DNA from: an uncultured Verrucomicrobiae bacterium | GTDB taxonomy: Bacteria; Verrucomicrobiota; Verrucomicrobiia; Chthoniobacterales; JAATET01 | DNA length: 64,000 nucleotides | Assembly (NCBI GenBank): GCA_963719495.1 | Contig: CAVRCI010000001.1 | Coordinates: 160,001-224,000 of the forward strand | Direction: 5' to 3' | Shown: positions 10,067 to 20,611 of the stretch, piece by piece | Layout: each line of letters starts with the position of its first letter | How positions within the stretch are numbered: the first letter of the stretch is position 1 | Position numbers and translations under genes: made by a program | Notes under the pieces: model-generated | What the model saw: the letters and a program-made list of their open reading frames with translations, nothing else | The model's database searches: none | Told to the model about the DNA's origin: nothing

Positions 10067-13000
10067 ATGCCTAAAGACACCACCATCCAGAAGATCCTCC
10101 TCATCGGCTCCGGCCCCATCGTCATCGGTCAGGGCTGCGAATTCGACTACTCCGGCGTCCAAGCCTGCAAAGCCCTCAAGGAAGAAGGCTACACCGTCAT
10201 CCTGGTCAACTCGAACCCGGCTACGATCATGACCGATCCCGAGTTCGCCGACCGCACCTACATCGAGCCCATCACCCCCGCCATCGTCGAAAAAATCATG
10301 GAGCGCGAGAAGCCCGACGCCCTCCTCCCCACCCTCGGCGGCCAGACCGCGCTCAACTGCGCCATGGACCTCTTCCACAACGGAGCCCTCGAACGCCACG
10401 GCGTCAAAATGATCGGAGCCAACGCCGAAGCCATCCGTCGCGGCGAAGACCGCCAGCTCTTCAAGGACATCATGGTCGAGATCGGCCTCGACATCCCCGT
10501 CTCCGGGACCGCCCACACCATGGAACGCGCCTGGGTCGTCGCCGAAGAAATCGGCCGCTACCCCCTCATCATCCGCCCCGCCTACACCCTCGGCGGCTCC
10601 GGCGGCGGCATCGCCTACAACCGCGACGAATTCGAATCCATCGTCCGCCACGGCCTCGACCTCTCCCCCACCACCGAGGTCCTCATCGAAGAATCCCTCC
10701 TCGGCTGGAAAGAGTTCGAAATGGAAGTCATCCGCGACCGCGCCGACAACTGCGTCGTCATCTGCTCCATCGAAAACTTTGATCCCATGGGCATCCACAC
10801 CGGCGACTCCATCACCGTCGCCCCCATCCAGACCCTCACCGACAAGGAATACCAGGCCATGCGCGACGCCAGTTTCCTGATCATCCGCGCCATCGGCGTC
10901 GAGACCGGCGGATCCAACATCCAGTTCAGCGTCGACCCGAAAACTGGCCGCATGATCGTCATCGAAATGAACCCCCGCGTCTCGCGCAGTTCCGCCCTCG
11001 CGTCCAAGGCCACCGGATTCCCCATCGCGAAAATCGCCGCCAAGCTCGCCGTCGGCTACACCCTGGACGAACTCCAAAACGACATCACGCGCGAAACCCC
11101 CGCCTGCTTCGAGCCCACCATCGACTACGTCGTCACGAAAATCCCCCGCTTCACCTTCGAGAAATTCCCCCGCGCCGACGCCACCCTCACCACGCAGATG
11201 AAAAGCGTCGGCGAAGCCATGGCCATCGGCCGCACCTTCAAGGAGAGTTTTCAAAAAGCCATCCGCTCCCTCGAGATCGGCCGCTTCGGCTTCGGTGCCG
11301 ACGGCAAAGACAAGCCCATCGACCCCGAAGAGCTCGACCGCCTGCTAAGAGTCCCCACGGTCGACCGAATCTTCGCCATCCAAGCCGCGTTTAGCGCGGG
11401 CTACACGGTCGACCAGGTTCACAACCTGTCCAAGATCGACCCCTGGTTCCTCCACAACCTGAAGGAGATTTCGGATTTCGGATCTCGGATTTCGGATTTG
11501 AATTCTCTCAGCTCACCCAATCCGCAATCCGCAATCCGCAATCCGCAATCGCTTTTGCGTCGCGCCAAGAAGCTCGGCTACTCCGATCGCCAACTAGCCA
11601 CACTCACGGGAGAATCCGAAGCGACCGTTCGTGAGCGACGTAAAAGCCTCGGCGTCATCCCCACCTACCGCTTGGTCGACACCTGCGCCGCCGAGTTCGA
11701 AGCCTACACCCCCTACTTCTACAGCACCTACGGCGACGAAAATGAAATCCGCCCGAGCGAAAAGAAAAAGGTCATGATCCTCGGCGGCGGCCCCAACCGC
11801 ATCGGTCAAGGCATCGAATTCGACTACTGCTGCGTCCACGCCGCCTTCGCGCTCAAGGAAGAAGGTTGGGAAACCATCATGGTCAACAGCAACCCCGAAA
11901 CGGTCTCCACCGACTACGACACCAGCGACAAACTCTTCTTCGAACCCCTCACCCTCGAAGACGTCCTCAACATCTACGAAGCCGAAAAGTGCGACGCCGC
12001 CATCGTCCAATTCGGAGGCCAGACCCCGCTCAACCTCGCCGCCGACCTCCAAGCCAACGGCTGCACCATCATCGGCACCCAACCCGCAAGCATCGAAAAA
12101 GCGGAAGACCGAAAGTTTTTCGCCGCCATGTTGGACAAACTGGGTCTCCAACAAACCCAAGGCGCCACCGCCACCACCGAAGACGAAGCCGTCAAGATCG
12201 CCACCGAAATCGGCTACCCCGTCCTAGTCCGCCCAAGTTTCGTCCTAGGCGGCCGAGCCATGGAAATCGTCTACGGCGAACAGGACCTCCGCCGCTACAT
12301 CGCCAACGCAATAGCGAGCGAAATGAACATCAGGGGGAGCGCGCCCGTCCCGGGTGCGAGTTCCGGCGTCCCCGCCGGAACCACGGCGGAGCCGTCAAAC
12401 GGGGGCGAGGGCGTCCCGCCCTCCACGACAGCCAACCCGGCAAAGCCGGCACTTTCCTCCTCCCGCCCAATCCTCATCGACCGCTTCCTCGAAGACGCCA
12501 CCGAAATCGACGTCGACTGCATAACGGACGGCATCGACTGCGTCATCGGCGGAGTCATGGAGCACATCGAGCAAGCCGGCATTCACTCCGGCGACTCAGC
12601 CTGCGTCATCCCATCATTCTCCCTTTCCTCCAAGATCCTCACCGAGATCAAAGAAGCCACCAAGTCGATGGCCAAAGAACTCCAAGTCCGCGGCCTCATG
12701 AACGTCCAGTTCGCCGTCAAAGACGAGCAACTCTACGTCATCGAAGTCAACCCGAGAGCCAGCCGCACCGCCCCGTTCGTGAGCAAAGCCATCGGCGTCC
12801 CCCTCCCCAAGCTCGCCGCCAAGATCATGGCCGGCAAGACCCTAAAGGAACTCGGCTTCCTCGAAGAAATCATCCCGCCGCACTTCAGTGTAAAGGAAGC
12901 CGTCTTCCCCTTCATCAAATTCCCCGGCACCGACATCACCCTCGGACCGGAAATGCGATCCACCGGCGAAGTCATGGGCATCGACGCCGACTTCGGCCTC

Positions 13001-13441
13001 GCCTACGCGAAAGCCCAGATGTCCGCCCAACCCGCCCTCCCCGAGAGCGGCAACGTCTTCCTCAGCGTCCGCGACAGCGACAAACCCGCCATCGTCCCGG
13101 TGGCCAAGGAATTCATTAGCCTAGGCTTCACCATCTACGCCACCGCCGGCACGGCAACGGCCCTCAACGGGGCCGGAGTGCCGACGAGCCCAATCTACCG
13201 CCTCAGCGAAGGCCGCCCGAACGTGTTGGACATGATCAAAAACGGCGACCTCCAATTCATCATCAATACGCCCAGCGGCCAGCAGCCCCGCCTGGACGAG
13301 ATCAAAATCCGCAGCGCCGCCACCGCTGCCCGCATCGCCACCATGACCACCGTAAGAGGAGCCCAAGCCTCGGTCGCCGCCATCCGTTCGCTCAAAGAGA
13401 AGCAACTCGAAGTGAAGAGCCTCCAGGAATACCACGCGTAG
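10067..13441 (+). CDS. carB: carbamoyl-phosphate synthase large subunit
   Basis: [65 protein letters not shown] and C-terminal MGS domain; two non-canonical insertions. Confidence 0.99.
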   Translation: MPKDTTIQKILLIGSGPIVIGQGCEFDYSGVQACKALKEEGYTVILVNSNPATIMTDPEFADRTYIEPITPAIVEKIMEREKPDALLPTLGGQTALNCAMDLFHNGALERHGVKMIGANAEAIRRGEDRQLFKDIMVEIGLDIPVSGTAHTMERAWVVAEEIGRYPLIIRPAYTLGGSGGGIAYNRDEFESIVRHGLDLSPTTEVLIEESLLGWKEFEMEVIRDRADNCVVICSIENFDPMGIHTGDSITVAPIQTLTDKEYQAMRDASFLIIRAIGVETGGSNIQFSVDPKTGRMIVIEMNPRVSRSSALASKATGFPIAKIAAKLAVGYTLDELQNDITRETPACFEPTIDYVVTKIPRFTFEKFPRADATLTTQMKSVGEAMAIGRTFKESFQKAIRSLEIGRFGFGADGKDKPIDPEELDRLLRVPTVDRIFAIQAAFSAGYTVDQVHNLSKIDPWFLHNLKEISDFGSRISDLNSLSSPNPQSAIRNPQSLLRRAKKLGYSDRQLATLTGESEATVRERRKSLGVIPTYRLVDTCAAEFEAYTPYFYSTYGDENEIRPSEKKKVMILGGGPNRIGQGIEFDYCCVHAAFALKEEGWETIMVNSNPETVSTDYDTSDKLFFEPLTLEDVLNIYEAEKCDAAIVQFGGQTPLNLAADLQANGCTIIGTQPASIEKAEDRKFFAAMLDKLGLQQTQGATATTEDEAVKIATEIGYPVLVRPSFVLGGRAMEIVYGEQDLRRYIANAIASEMNIRGSAPVPGASSGVPAGTTAEPSNGGEGVPPSTTANPAKPALSSSRPILIDRFLEDATEIDVDCITDGIDCVIGGVMEHIEQAGIHSGDSACVIPSFSLSSKILTEIKEATKSMAKELQVRGLMNVQFAVKDEQLYVIEVNPRASRTAPFVSKAIGVPLPKLAAKIMAGKTLKELGFLEEIIPPHFSVKEAVFPFIKFPGTDITLGPEMRSTGEVMGIDADFGLAYAKAQMSAQPALPESGNVFLSVRDSDKPAIVPVAKEFISLGFTIYATAGTATALNGAGVPTSPIYRLSEGRPNVLDMIKNGDLQFIINTPSGQQPRLDEIKIRSAATAARIATMTTVRGAQASVAAIRSLKEKQLEVKSLQEYHA
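11467..11550. repeat. inverted heptamer arrays inside carB
   Basis: (GATTTCG)-type x5, short spacer, then (CAATCCG)x4; encodes [28 protein letters not shown]. Confidence 0.92.
12334..12425 (+). repeat. REP-like hairpin element inserted in frame in carB
   Basis: GGGGAGCGCGCCCGTCCCGGGTGCGAG (12334-12360) is identical to 25709-25735; followed by GTTCCGGCG-TCCC-CGCCGGAAC and GAGGGCG-TCC-CGCCCTC hairpins. Confidence 0.9.
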
Positions 13442-13459
13442 GGAAAAGACAAATGCAGG

Positions 13460-13830
13460 GCCTCGCGCAAAGCCACCAAGCCGCGAAGAATACAGGAATC
13501 AATCCAAACGCCTCATGTTGAGAACTACGAACGCGCAAGCGAGTCAAAAACCCGGGGATGACTCGATCAACGGCAACGAAGCCCATTCTTCCAAATCTTT
13601 GCGACCTTTGCGGCCTTCTGTTCAAAGCCGCATTTGTATCCGCATTCCTCTTTGTTCTCTTCGTTCCCTTTTGTTCAAAACAGCCCATGTCATCGGAAGC
13701 AAAGCGAAACACCTCCGGCTTTTCAGGACTGACATGACCGCTGCCCAAGAACGAGACGTCCACATTCAGAACCGGCCCCGACAAAAACCTCGGAATCACT
13801 CTCTGAATTTCCGCGCCCCTGCGTGAGAAA
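13460..13830. repeat. intergenic cluster of short repeat remnants
   Basis: CTTTGCGACCTTTGCGGCCTTCTGTTCAAA (like 2136-2165), TCTTTGTTCTCTTCGTTCCCTTTTGTTCAAAA, and TGTCATCGGAAGCAAAGCGAAACA (like 28021). Confidence 0.7.
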
Positions 13831-13841
13831 ATCAGGCCACC

Positions 13842-14382
13842 ATGCTCTCTGAACTCGATATCGTCCGCGACGTCTCCACGAAGCTAAGCGCGACCGGTAT
13901 TGAATAAATGCTCACCAGCTCGATGGCGATGAACTACTACGCCGAGCCGCGCATGACCCGGGACATCGACATCGTCGTCGCGCTCGTCCCGTCAAACGCG
14001 ACGACCATCGTCCGCTTGTTCGATCCGGACTACTACGTCTCGCCCGACGCCGTCGCCGAATCCATTCGCGACGAGTGGATGTTCAATCTGATCCACAACG
14101 AGAGCGTCATCAAAGTGGACTGCATCGTCCGGAAATCGACACCCTACCGCCGCGAAGAATTCCAACGACGCCGACAAATCACCGCCACCGACTTCTAAAC
14201 GTGGATCGTCAGCAAAGAGGACCTCAATCCTCTTTAAACTCGCGTGGGCTAAAGATTCGAAATCCGACCGCCGGCTTCAGGATGTCCGAAACCTCATCGC
14301 CAGCGGATACGATGACTCAATCACCAAACGCTGGGCGCAACCGCTCGGTGTCGATAGCCTTTGGCGATCATGCCTGAGCTGA
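13842..14382 (+). pseudogene. nucleotidyltransferase pseudogene
   Basis: MLSELDIVRDVSTKLSATGIE*MLTSSMAMNYYAEPRMTRDIDIVV...DF*TWIVSKEDL[+1]ILFKLAWAKDSKSDRRLQDVRNL; TAA at 13905 and 14196, frameshift near 14226. Confidence 0.85.
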
Positions 14383-14627
14383 GCGACACCCCGCCCGAGA
14401 TCGCCGCCATGGTCCGCGAGCGACTGATGGCCCGCTCCGGAGCCGAGAGGTTCGAAATGGGCTCCCGAATGTTCGACGCCGCCCGTCAGATGGTCCTCGC
14501 GTCGTTTCCGACGGACATATCCGAGGAACGCCGTCGCCAACTCCTCTTCGGGCGCATCCACGGGAAGTCATTGGCCTCGACGCAAGTTCCCGGCAGCCAC
14601 CCATACCAGCCAAATGTGTCAATATGA
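14370..14627 (+). CDS. small helical protein, typical partner of such nucleotidyltransferases
   Basis: SDTPPEIAAMVRERLMARSGAERFEMGSRMFDAAR...; overlaps the NTase stop; its own stop lies in a GGGGTC-type repeat. Confidence 0.65.
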   Translation: MPELSDTPPEIAAMVRERLMARSGAERFEMGSRMFDAARQMVLASFPTDISEERRRQLLFGRIHGKSLASTQVPGSHPYQPNVSI

Positions 14628-14643
14628 ATGACCGACCCCTTTC
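14613..14643 (-). repeat. GGGGTCGG-type inverted repeat
   Basis: AATGTGTCAATATGAATGACCGACCCCTTTC, exact reverse complement of 20322-20352. Confidence 0.95.
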
Positions 14644-15609
14644 CGTGCCGCTGGGCATGTTCAGCGAAAGAGACCGCTTCCAGGACGGGACCGCGTCCTC
14701 GACCGAAGTGAACCGCAGGACGCCGCTCGTGGTAAAGTCGCCCCGTTGCACTTGGCCGCTCAAACCAACGTGAGCAACGCTCCCGGTCTCCCCGGAGAGC
14801 TCGATCACCCTTGCCTCCACCCGGGGGGCAACGAGCGAACCTCCGCCGAGCGCGAAACTGGCAGAGCCGATCACCGTGACGTTCTCGCCGAGCGTGACCT
14901 GCGCCCGGCCGTTTCGACCCAGATCGACGGAGAAGTCCCCGGTCTGGATCGCGCCATCCACCCGGACCTTCGAATCACCATCGGCCCGGATCCCGACCGA
15001 ACCGAGCGAGAACCAGCTAGACTCTGGCTCGTCGACAAAACTCACGAGCGAGCCCGCGAGCTGAACGTTGCTGGGACCGCCGCCCCGGAAGTCGAGGTCG
15101 ATCGTGGGCGACCGGATGTTGCCCGTGACCGCCATCGATGATCGTGCGTTCAGTCGCACGGCGAATGGGGACGAGAGGTCGCCACTCAAGCGGACGGGGC
15201 CGTCGGTCGAGATCTCGAGCCCATCGCCCGAGATGGAGGCCTTGAAGTCGAGGCCTCCTTCGTCTCGGTGGCCCAACTCGACGAATCCCCCCGGGGCAAT
15301 CTGTAGTTCCGTTCCCCGTCGACCGAACTCGAGGACATTCTGCTGACTGTAGACCGCCAGCGAACGAAGCGTCAAAGCGGCGGGGAGATCGATCACGGGC
15401 CGAGGCTCGTGCCGCGACGGAAAAACCCCGACGAAGGCGTCGGCGGTCGGGCCGTTCGGGACGGGGCCAAACCATTTCGCTGGCTCGTTCCACTCTCCCC
15501 CGCCGGAGGGCCGCCACGTCGAGTTCTGGGCGTAGGCGCCGATGGAGCCGACCAGTGCGACGACGAAAAAAACAACGTGACGCAAACTTCGGGAACGGAT
15601 GATCGGCAT
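14644..15609 (-). pseudogene. 3'-truncated secreted autotransporter-passenger-like protein
   Basis: Signal peptide (HVVFFVVALVGSIGAYA-Q), then STWRPSGGGEWNEPAKWFGPVPNG and Gly-rich beta strands. The frame runs into the repeat (ERGRSFILTH) and continues to 14368 only as non-homologous readthrough. Confidence 0.6.
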
Positions 15610-15769
15610 ATCTTGGAAGCAACCCCGTGGTCTCACACGAGACCCTTCGATGCAACCCAAATCGCGTCCGAAGTCGGAATCGCGACCGAAGATTGGCCCC
15701 GCGCCCGCGCGCGGCTTCACACCGAGGTCAGGCGGCGACCTTGGCTGGAGGTGGTGATCCTACCCAACA

Positions 15770-16012
15770 GGAGGGGTCGAGGAGGGGTCGGTCATTCATA
15801 TGGGCAAGGAGGGGTCGGTCATTCATATGGGCATATCGAGAGGCTATATCTGTGATCCATTGCGAGGCAAATGTGTCAATATGAATGATCGACCCCTTCC
15901 GACGACGTCACACCAATTATCGAAAATGTGTCAATGTGAAGGACCGACCCTTTTGACGCCATTCATGATCGACCCCTTCCCTGACCGACCCCTCCCCGAG
16001 CCCTTCCCCCTT
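15770..16012. repeat. cluster of GGGGTCGG-type repeats forming a MITE/REPIN-like hairpin with stuttered ends
   Basis: GGAGGGGTCG(GTCATTCATATGGGCA) x3 (15770-15836) facing AAATGTGTCAATATGAATGATCGACCCC (15869-15896); further copies at 15924-15954 and 15965-15993. Confidence 0.92.
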
Positions 16013-16096
16013 CACACCGGGGAGAGATGGGAAGTCGTGAGAATCGATGCGCCGATGCCTTGACGGTATGAGAAGACTTCGATCAAATCAGTTTCG

Positions 16097-19000
16097 GTGA
16101 AAATTATCGCTCGAGGACATGAGGCGCTTACAAATCTTTCTTGGAAGCGAAAAAGTTCCCATAAAAATCAGAGCAGTTTGGGAATCCTATCGACTTCTTC
16201 GTGCAGGTGTTGGGTTTTCGCGCTGGTGTTCGCTCTGGTTGGAGTAAGTCCTGAAACCGGACTGGGGGAGGCTAAGACCGTTTCCGCAGGATATGGGCAG
16301 TCGCACTCTCTGTTCATCAAAGCTGATGGGACTCTCTGGGGGATGGGATCTAATGGGCGCGGTCAACTCGGTATCGAATCCGCTGCCGATCAGCATTCTC
16401 CTATTCTGATATCAGAAAATGTTTCGGCAGTTTCTGCCGGACATTATTACACCTGCTTTATCAAAACCGATGGAACGCTTTGGGGATGCGGAGCGAATGA
16501 ATCCGGTCAGCTGGGAGATGGCACTTTGGAGGATAGGTTAGTGCCGGTATTGGTCGCGACCGATGTGGTGTGTGTGGAGACACTTGAATTCAACACATTC
16601 TTCATCAAATCTGATGGCACCCTGTGGGCTCATGGCAGAAATTCCTATGGAGAGTTGGGTGACGGAGCATCGAGTAATCAATCAACTCCAATCCTCATTG
16701 CGTCTGATGTGCTGTCTGTCGCCCAGGGAGGGAATAGCTTTTACGGTCCTTACGTCCTATTTATCAAATCTGACTCCACGCTCTGGATGATGGGAGCCAG
16801 CTTTTTTCCGGGTCAGTTTGGAGACGGTTCAATGCGACAAAGGCCCGAGTTGGTGACAATTGATGTTAAATCTGTTTCGGCAGGGGGCGAGCACTCGGCA
16901 ATTTTGAAGACTGACGGCTCGCTTTGGACGGTGGGTGCAAACTATTATGGTCAGCTCGGGGATGGGACGTTGACTCGCCGGACATCGCCTACGCTCATAG
17001 CGACTGGCGTAGCGTCTGTCTCAGCCGGAGGATTGGTAACGTTTTTTGTTAAGAATGATGGGACGCTCTGGGCGGCAGGACCTTATGACGTAGAAAATAC
17101 GCTGGATTTTTATTATGGCAGTCTGGAACCCAATCCCAACTTGCGGATGGTAGCGTCGGATGTCTTATCCGTCAGCGCAAGAGATCCGTATTTCTTCATC
17201 AAAACCGACGGACGATTGTTCGGTATGGGCCATAACTGGCGTGGCAAACTTGGAGACGGCACGACCACTTTTCGATCGACTCCGGTCCTCATTACCGGAA
17301 GTGTTTTAACTAACTCGCGCCGTGCCACCGTCGCGAGCGTAACGCCCAATCCTGCCCCGCTTCAAAACGCCAAACAACTCGTCACCATCACCGGCAGCGG
17401 CTTCGAGCCGGATTGCGGCGTCACTCTCCGCGACCATCGCGCGGGAATTGTGTATCCGAACCGGACGAAGATTTCGCAGACCGGGGACACGGAGATTGTT
17501 CTGAATCCGAACTTCGGCGCGATCCCCGCGCAGTGGAGTGTCGAGGTGATCAATCCGGACGGGCAATCTTCGGGCGTCCACCGCTTTCAGGTTGGTCAGC
17601 CGGTTGTTCCCGGCGACACCATCCAATCGTTTCAGATTGTTGCGGCTGACGCCGCCTCGTCGGCGGTCGGCACGGGGGATTTCAAGCTGGCGACCACGTC
17701 CGCCTCGGCATCGAGTCTGCCGTCGAGGGTCTTTCGAGCCATCGCGACATTCTTCGATGGGTCCATCGCCGATCTCACCAACAGTTCGAGCTGGAGAGTG
17801 ACGGGGGATAGCCGGGCAAGCGTGGATCATGGGACGGTGAGTCTGGGGCCGGGCGCATATGCGACTTCTCTGAACTTGTCGGCGAGTTTTCAGGGAAGTG
17901 ATGGCGGACTGTATGCGACCCGGGAGGTGACGGTGGTCCCGCCGTTCGTCGTCGGAATCTCCTCGGAGATTGGCGAATTTATTCAGACGAACGTGACGTT
18001 TTACGCCACATCGCCCGGCGTGAGCGGGTCGGCCGTGTCGCATGCTTGGACCCGCGATGGGGTTGTCCAGTTTGGCAGTTCCGACTCCATCAACTTGAAT
18101 CTGACAACCGGTCGGGAATATCTGATTGGAGTCACGGCAGCCGACCGGGATGGGCGTGAGGACAGCGACTACATCTATTTCTCGCTGAACCGCACGGCGT
18201 TGCTCGAGCCGACCACCAGCCTCGCGGTCAACCCGAAAGAGGGATCGCTTTTGGACTCCAACGAGTCTGTTGCGCTATTTAACAGCACCGCGAAGAAGGC
18301 GCGCGGTGTGGCTGTGATCATCCATGGACTGACCGATACGGCGTTCACCCAAATTCCCAATGAGTTGGCTTGGCCGGCGCGGATGGCGAAAGCCATCGAG
18401 GCGCGACTGAGCGGCTCGGTTCCCTACGTCGTGATGTATGACTGGAGCAATATGGCGAATCCGAACCGTTTCCGAGGGGGGGACCGGGGTTTCGGCATAC
18501 TTCCTGATACGGTGGGAGGCTATCTCGACAACATCCTGTCAATCCGAGCCTACGGTCTTGCCCAGGGAAAGGTGCTCGCTGATTTGCTGATCGACGCCGC
18601 CGAGGAGGGTCAACTCGACCGGACAAAGCCGGTGCATTTGATCGGTCACAGCGCGGGCGGCTTCGTAGCAGGCGAATGTGGATTGGGTCTGAAGAGAGCG
18701 GGTTTCAGCAAAGTGCAGGTGACGATGCTGGATACGCCAGCGGCGGACGAAAAGCCGTTTCGGAGTCGAGGGTCCGGGTTTCGTTTGGAACGCTACATCG
18801 CCTGTCAGTTCAGCGGGGCTCCCCCGAATTACCCGCCGACGTTGTATCGCACGATTGGGGCAAACAAACTAGAAGTTTGGAACCGCGATTTTGAGAGCTA
18901 TCGGCGCGATATTTCGAACTCGAGTGGGAATTCGACTCCCGCGTTTGCACAATATTCGCTCGATTTGAAGCTCGCGCCGGATTCCTTCTACCATCGCTAC

Positions 19001-20026
19001 GTGATCGATATCGGATCATCGAACTTTCTGGAGCAGCACAGCTACGCGCACGAGTGGTATACAGCGTCAATCGGAGAGTCGAAGCCCCAAGAGGCTGGGG
19101 GATTTGATTACTCGTTGTTTCTCCGCGATGCCGATTTTCCCGGAGCTGTTGTTGGTCAATCTTTGAAGACGGCGTTTGCTGATGGAGAAGGCTCGGTGTC
19201 GCTGAGTTTGGCTGCACCGCTGACGCCGCTCATGGGCTTCATGACGTTCGGACAGGTGACGGAATCGGGAGAGATTTTTACGCTCACCGAAGAATCGAAC
19301 TCCGGCGTCTTTTTGGATACGACGCTTCCGGCGGAGGTGGAATCCCTGCTTATCACCTACAAGTGGCGGAACATCGGGGATGGCGATTTCCTCAGCGTCC
19401 ATTGGAACGACGAACCGCCGTTGGCGGTCATTCCAGCCGTGAGGGCGGAGGCGCACACGGAGATCGAGTTCGAAGTTCCTCTCGCCTCCTACGCTGGCCA
19501 GACGGGGCGGCTGACGGTCAAGTTAATCTCGCGTAATGAGCGGAACGCGGAGGTTGAGTTGAGCGGGCTGATGTTTCAGACGAGTGACGATGCGGATGGC
19601 GATGGGCTCTCCGCTGCCGAGGAGGAAGCTCACGGGACCGATCCGCAGAAGCCCGACAGCGACGGTGACGAGCTGCCGGACAACGTCGAAATTTTAACCA
19701 CTCTCACGGACCCGCTTTCTCCGGATACCGACGGTGACGGGTCGTCGGACTACGACGAACTGATGGCCGAGACGGATCCGCGATCAGCCGCGTCGGTGCT
19801 GCGCATCACGTCGTTTTCCAGAGTGACTCCTAATCGAACCGAGGTTCGCTGGTCATCGGTCCCCGGCAAGAGCTACCGGGTGCTGCGAGGCGATAGTCCG
19901 CGTGGAGGCACGTATCGGGTGATCGGGCGGGAACTGGCTGCGACGGGCGGTGAGATGATCTTTAGCGATGACACGTCTGACGCTGCAGAACGCGGCTTTT
20001 ATTGGGTCGAATTGGAGCCGTTTTGA
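16097..20026 (+). CDS. large secreted multidomain protein: RCC1 repeats, IPT/Ig-like domains, alpha/beta-hydrolase, Ca-binding DxDxDG repeats, Verrucomicrobia-type C-terminal domain
   Basis: Repeated (F/I)KxDGTLW.G.N..GQLGDG; VTITGSGF (IPT); IIHGLTD...HLIGHSAGG...LDTP...HSYAH; DADGDGL/DSDGDEL/DTDGDG; ends WSSVPGKSYRV...GFYWVELEPF. Start codon uncertain. Confidence 0.85.
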   Translation: MKIIARGHEALTNLSWKRKSSHKNQSSLGILSTSSCRCWVFALVFALVGVSPETGLGEAKTVSAGYGQSHSLFIKADGTLWGMGSNGRGQLGIESAADQHSPILISENVSAVSAGHYYTCFIKTDGTLWGCGANESGQLGDGTLEDRLVPVLVATDVVCVETLEFNTFFIKSDGTLWAHGRNSYGELGDGASSNQSTPILIASDVLSVAQGGNSFYGPYVLFIKSDSTLWMMGASFFPGQFGDGSMRQRPELVTIDVKSVSAGGEHSAILKTDGSLWTVGANYYGQLGDGTLTRRTSPTLIATGVASVSAGGLVTFFVKNDGTLWAAGPYDVENTLDFYYGSLEPNPNLRMVASDVLSVSARDPYFFIKTDGRLFGMGHNWRGKLGDGTTTFRSTPVLITGSVLTNSRRATVASVTPNPAPLQNAKQLVTITGSGFEPDCGVTLRDHRAGIVYPNRTKISQTGDTEIVLNPNFGAIPAQWSVEVINPDGQSSGVHRFQVGQPVVPGDTIQSFQIVAADAASSAVGTGDFKLATTSASASSLPSRVFRAIATFFDGSIADLTNSSSWRVTGDSRASVDHGTVSLGPGAYATSLNLSASFQGSDGGLYATREVTVVPPFVVGISSEIGEFIQTNVTFYATSPGVSGSAVSHAWTRDGVVQFGSSDSINLNLTTGREYLIGVTAADRDGREDSDYIYFSLNRTALLEPTTSLAVNPKEGSLLDSNESVALFNSTAKKARGVAVIIHGLTDTAFTQIPNELAWPARMAKAIEARLSGSVPYVVMYDWSNMANPNRFRGGDRGFGILPDTVGGYLDNILSIRAYGLAQGKVLADLLIDAAEEGQLDRTKPVHLIGHSAGGFVAGECGLGLKRAGFSKVQVTMLDTPAADEKPFRSRGSGFRLERYIACQFSGAPPNYPPTLYRTIGANKLEVWNRDFESYRRDISNSSGNSTPAFAQYSLDLKLAPDSFYHRYVIDIGSSNFLEQHSYAHEWYTASIGESKPQEAGGFDYSLFLRDADFPGAVVGQSLKTAFADGEGSVSLSLAAPLTPLMGFMTFGQVTESGEIFTLTEESNSGVFLDTTLPAEVESLLITYKWRNIGDGDFLSVHWNDEPPLAVIPAVRAEAHTEIEFEVPLASYAGQTGRLTVKLISRNERNAEVELSGLMFQTSDDADGDGLSAAEEEAHGTDPQKPDSDGDELPDNVEILTTLTDPLSPDTDGDGSSDYDELMAETDPRSAASVLRITSFSRVTPNRTEVRWSSVPGKSYRVLRGDSPRGGTYRVIGRELAATGGEMIFSDDTSDAAERGFYWVELEPF

Positions 20027-20080
20027 AGCGGAACCGGGGCCGGGAGTATTGGCGCTGCCGCACGGTTTCCTGGAAGAGAA

Positions 20081-20133
20081 GGGCCGGGAATGGGGTCAGG
20101 GCCGGGAATGGGGTCAGGGTTCAACTCTTGACA
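20081..20133 (+). repeat. stuttered GGGGTCAG-type repeat end
   Basis: GGGCCGGGAATGGGGTCA x2 followed by GGGTTCAACTCTTGACA. Confidence 0.85.
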
Positions 20134-20139
20134 GATTGC

Positions 20140-20290
20140 GACGGAATAGCCCGATCAAACACCGGGATCTTCCCGACACTCTCACGCGCGAACGCCTTTT
20201 CGCCCTCGAGCCGACGCACCTACTTTCGGCCTGCAACGCTGTCTACCTTGAACTCACCGACCGCTTCCGGTGTCCTCTAATTACGGCAGC
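20140..20290 (+). pseudogene. degenerate PIN/VapC-like toxin fragment
   Basis: RERLFALEPTHLLSACNAVYLELTDRFRCPLITA resembles the VapC C-terminal L(S/T)xYDAxYxxLA...PLxTxD motif with the acidic residues lost; no start. Confidence 0.5.
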
Positions 20291-20305
20291 CTCAAAACCC
20301 CGGCA

Positions 20306-20497
20306 ATGGGGGTCAGGGCAAGAAAGGGGTCGGTCATTCATATTGACACATTCAAGACTGAGGTCAGGCGTCAATTTCTCCCGGTGGGACGATGGAAGAA
20401 GGATAAGTCATTCATTTTGACGTATTTCCCCTTCGCGGATTGGAGATCGAGCCCGTCGATATGCTCAGATGAATGATCGTCTCTTGCTCGACCCCTT
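20306..20497. repeat. GGGGTC-type repeat cluster
   Basis: ATGGGGGTCAGGG, GAAAGGGGTCGGTCATTCATATTGACACATT (20322-20352), degenerate GTCATTCATTTTGACGT, and inverted ATATGCTCAGATGAATGATCG...CGACCCCTT. Confidence 0.85.
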
Positions 20498-20611
20498 CTC
20501 CGTGACTCTGGTGGCCGGTGCCCGGCTGAAGCAGCGAAATCCCCGCAAGGTCGAGCCGCGTCCGGCCAATCCTCGAGCCTTCGGCGGAGCGAACCCACTT
20601 TTGACCGAACG

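Noticed and set aside
1..14000. Extreme C-over-G skew on the plus strand as a sign of foreign DNA
   Set aside because: It affects housekeeping genes on both strands; replication-strand bias is the simpler explanation.
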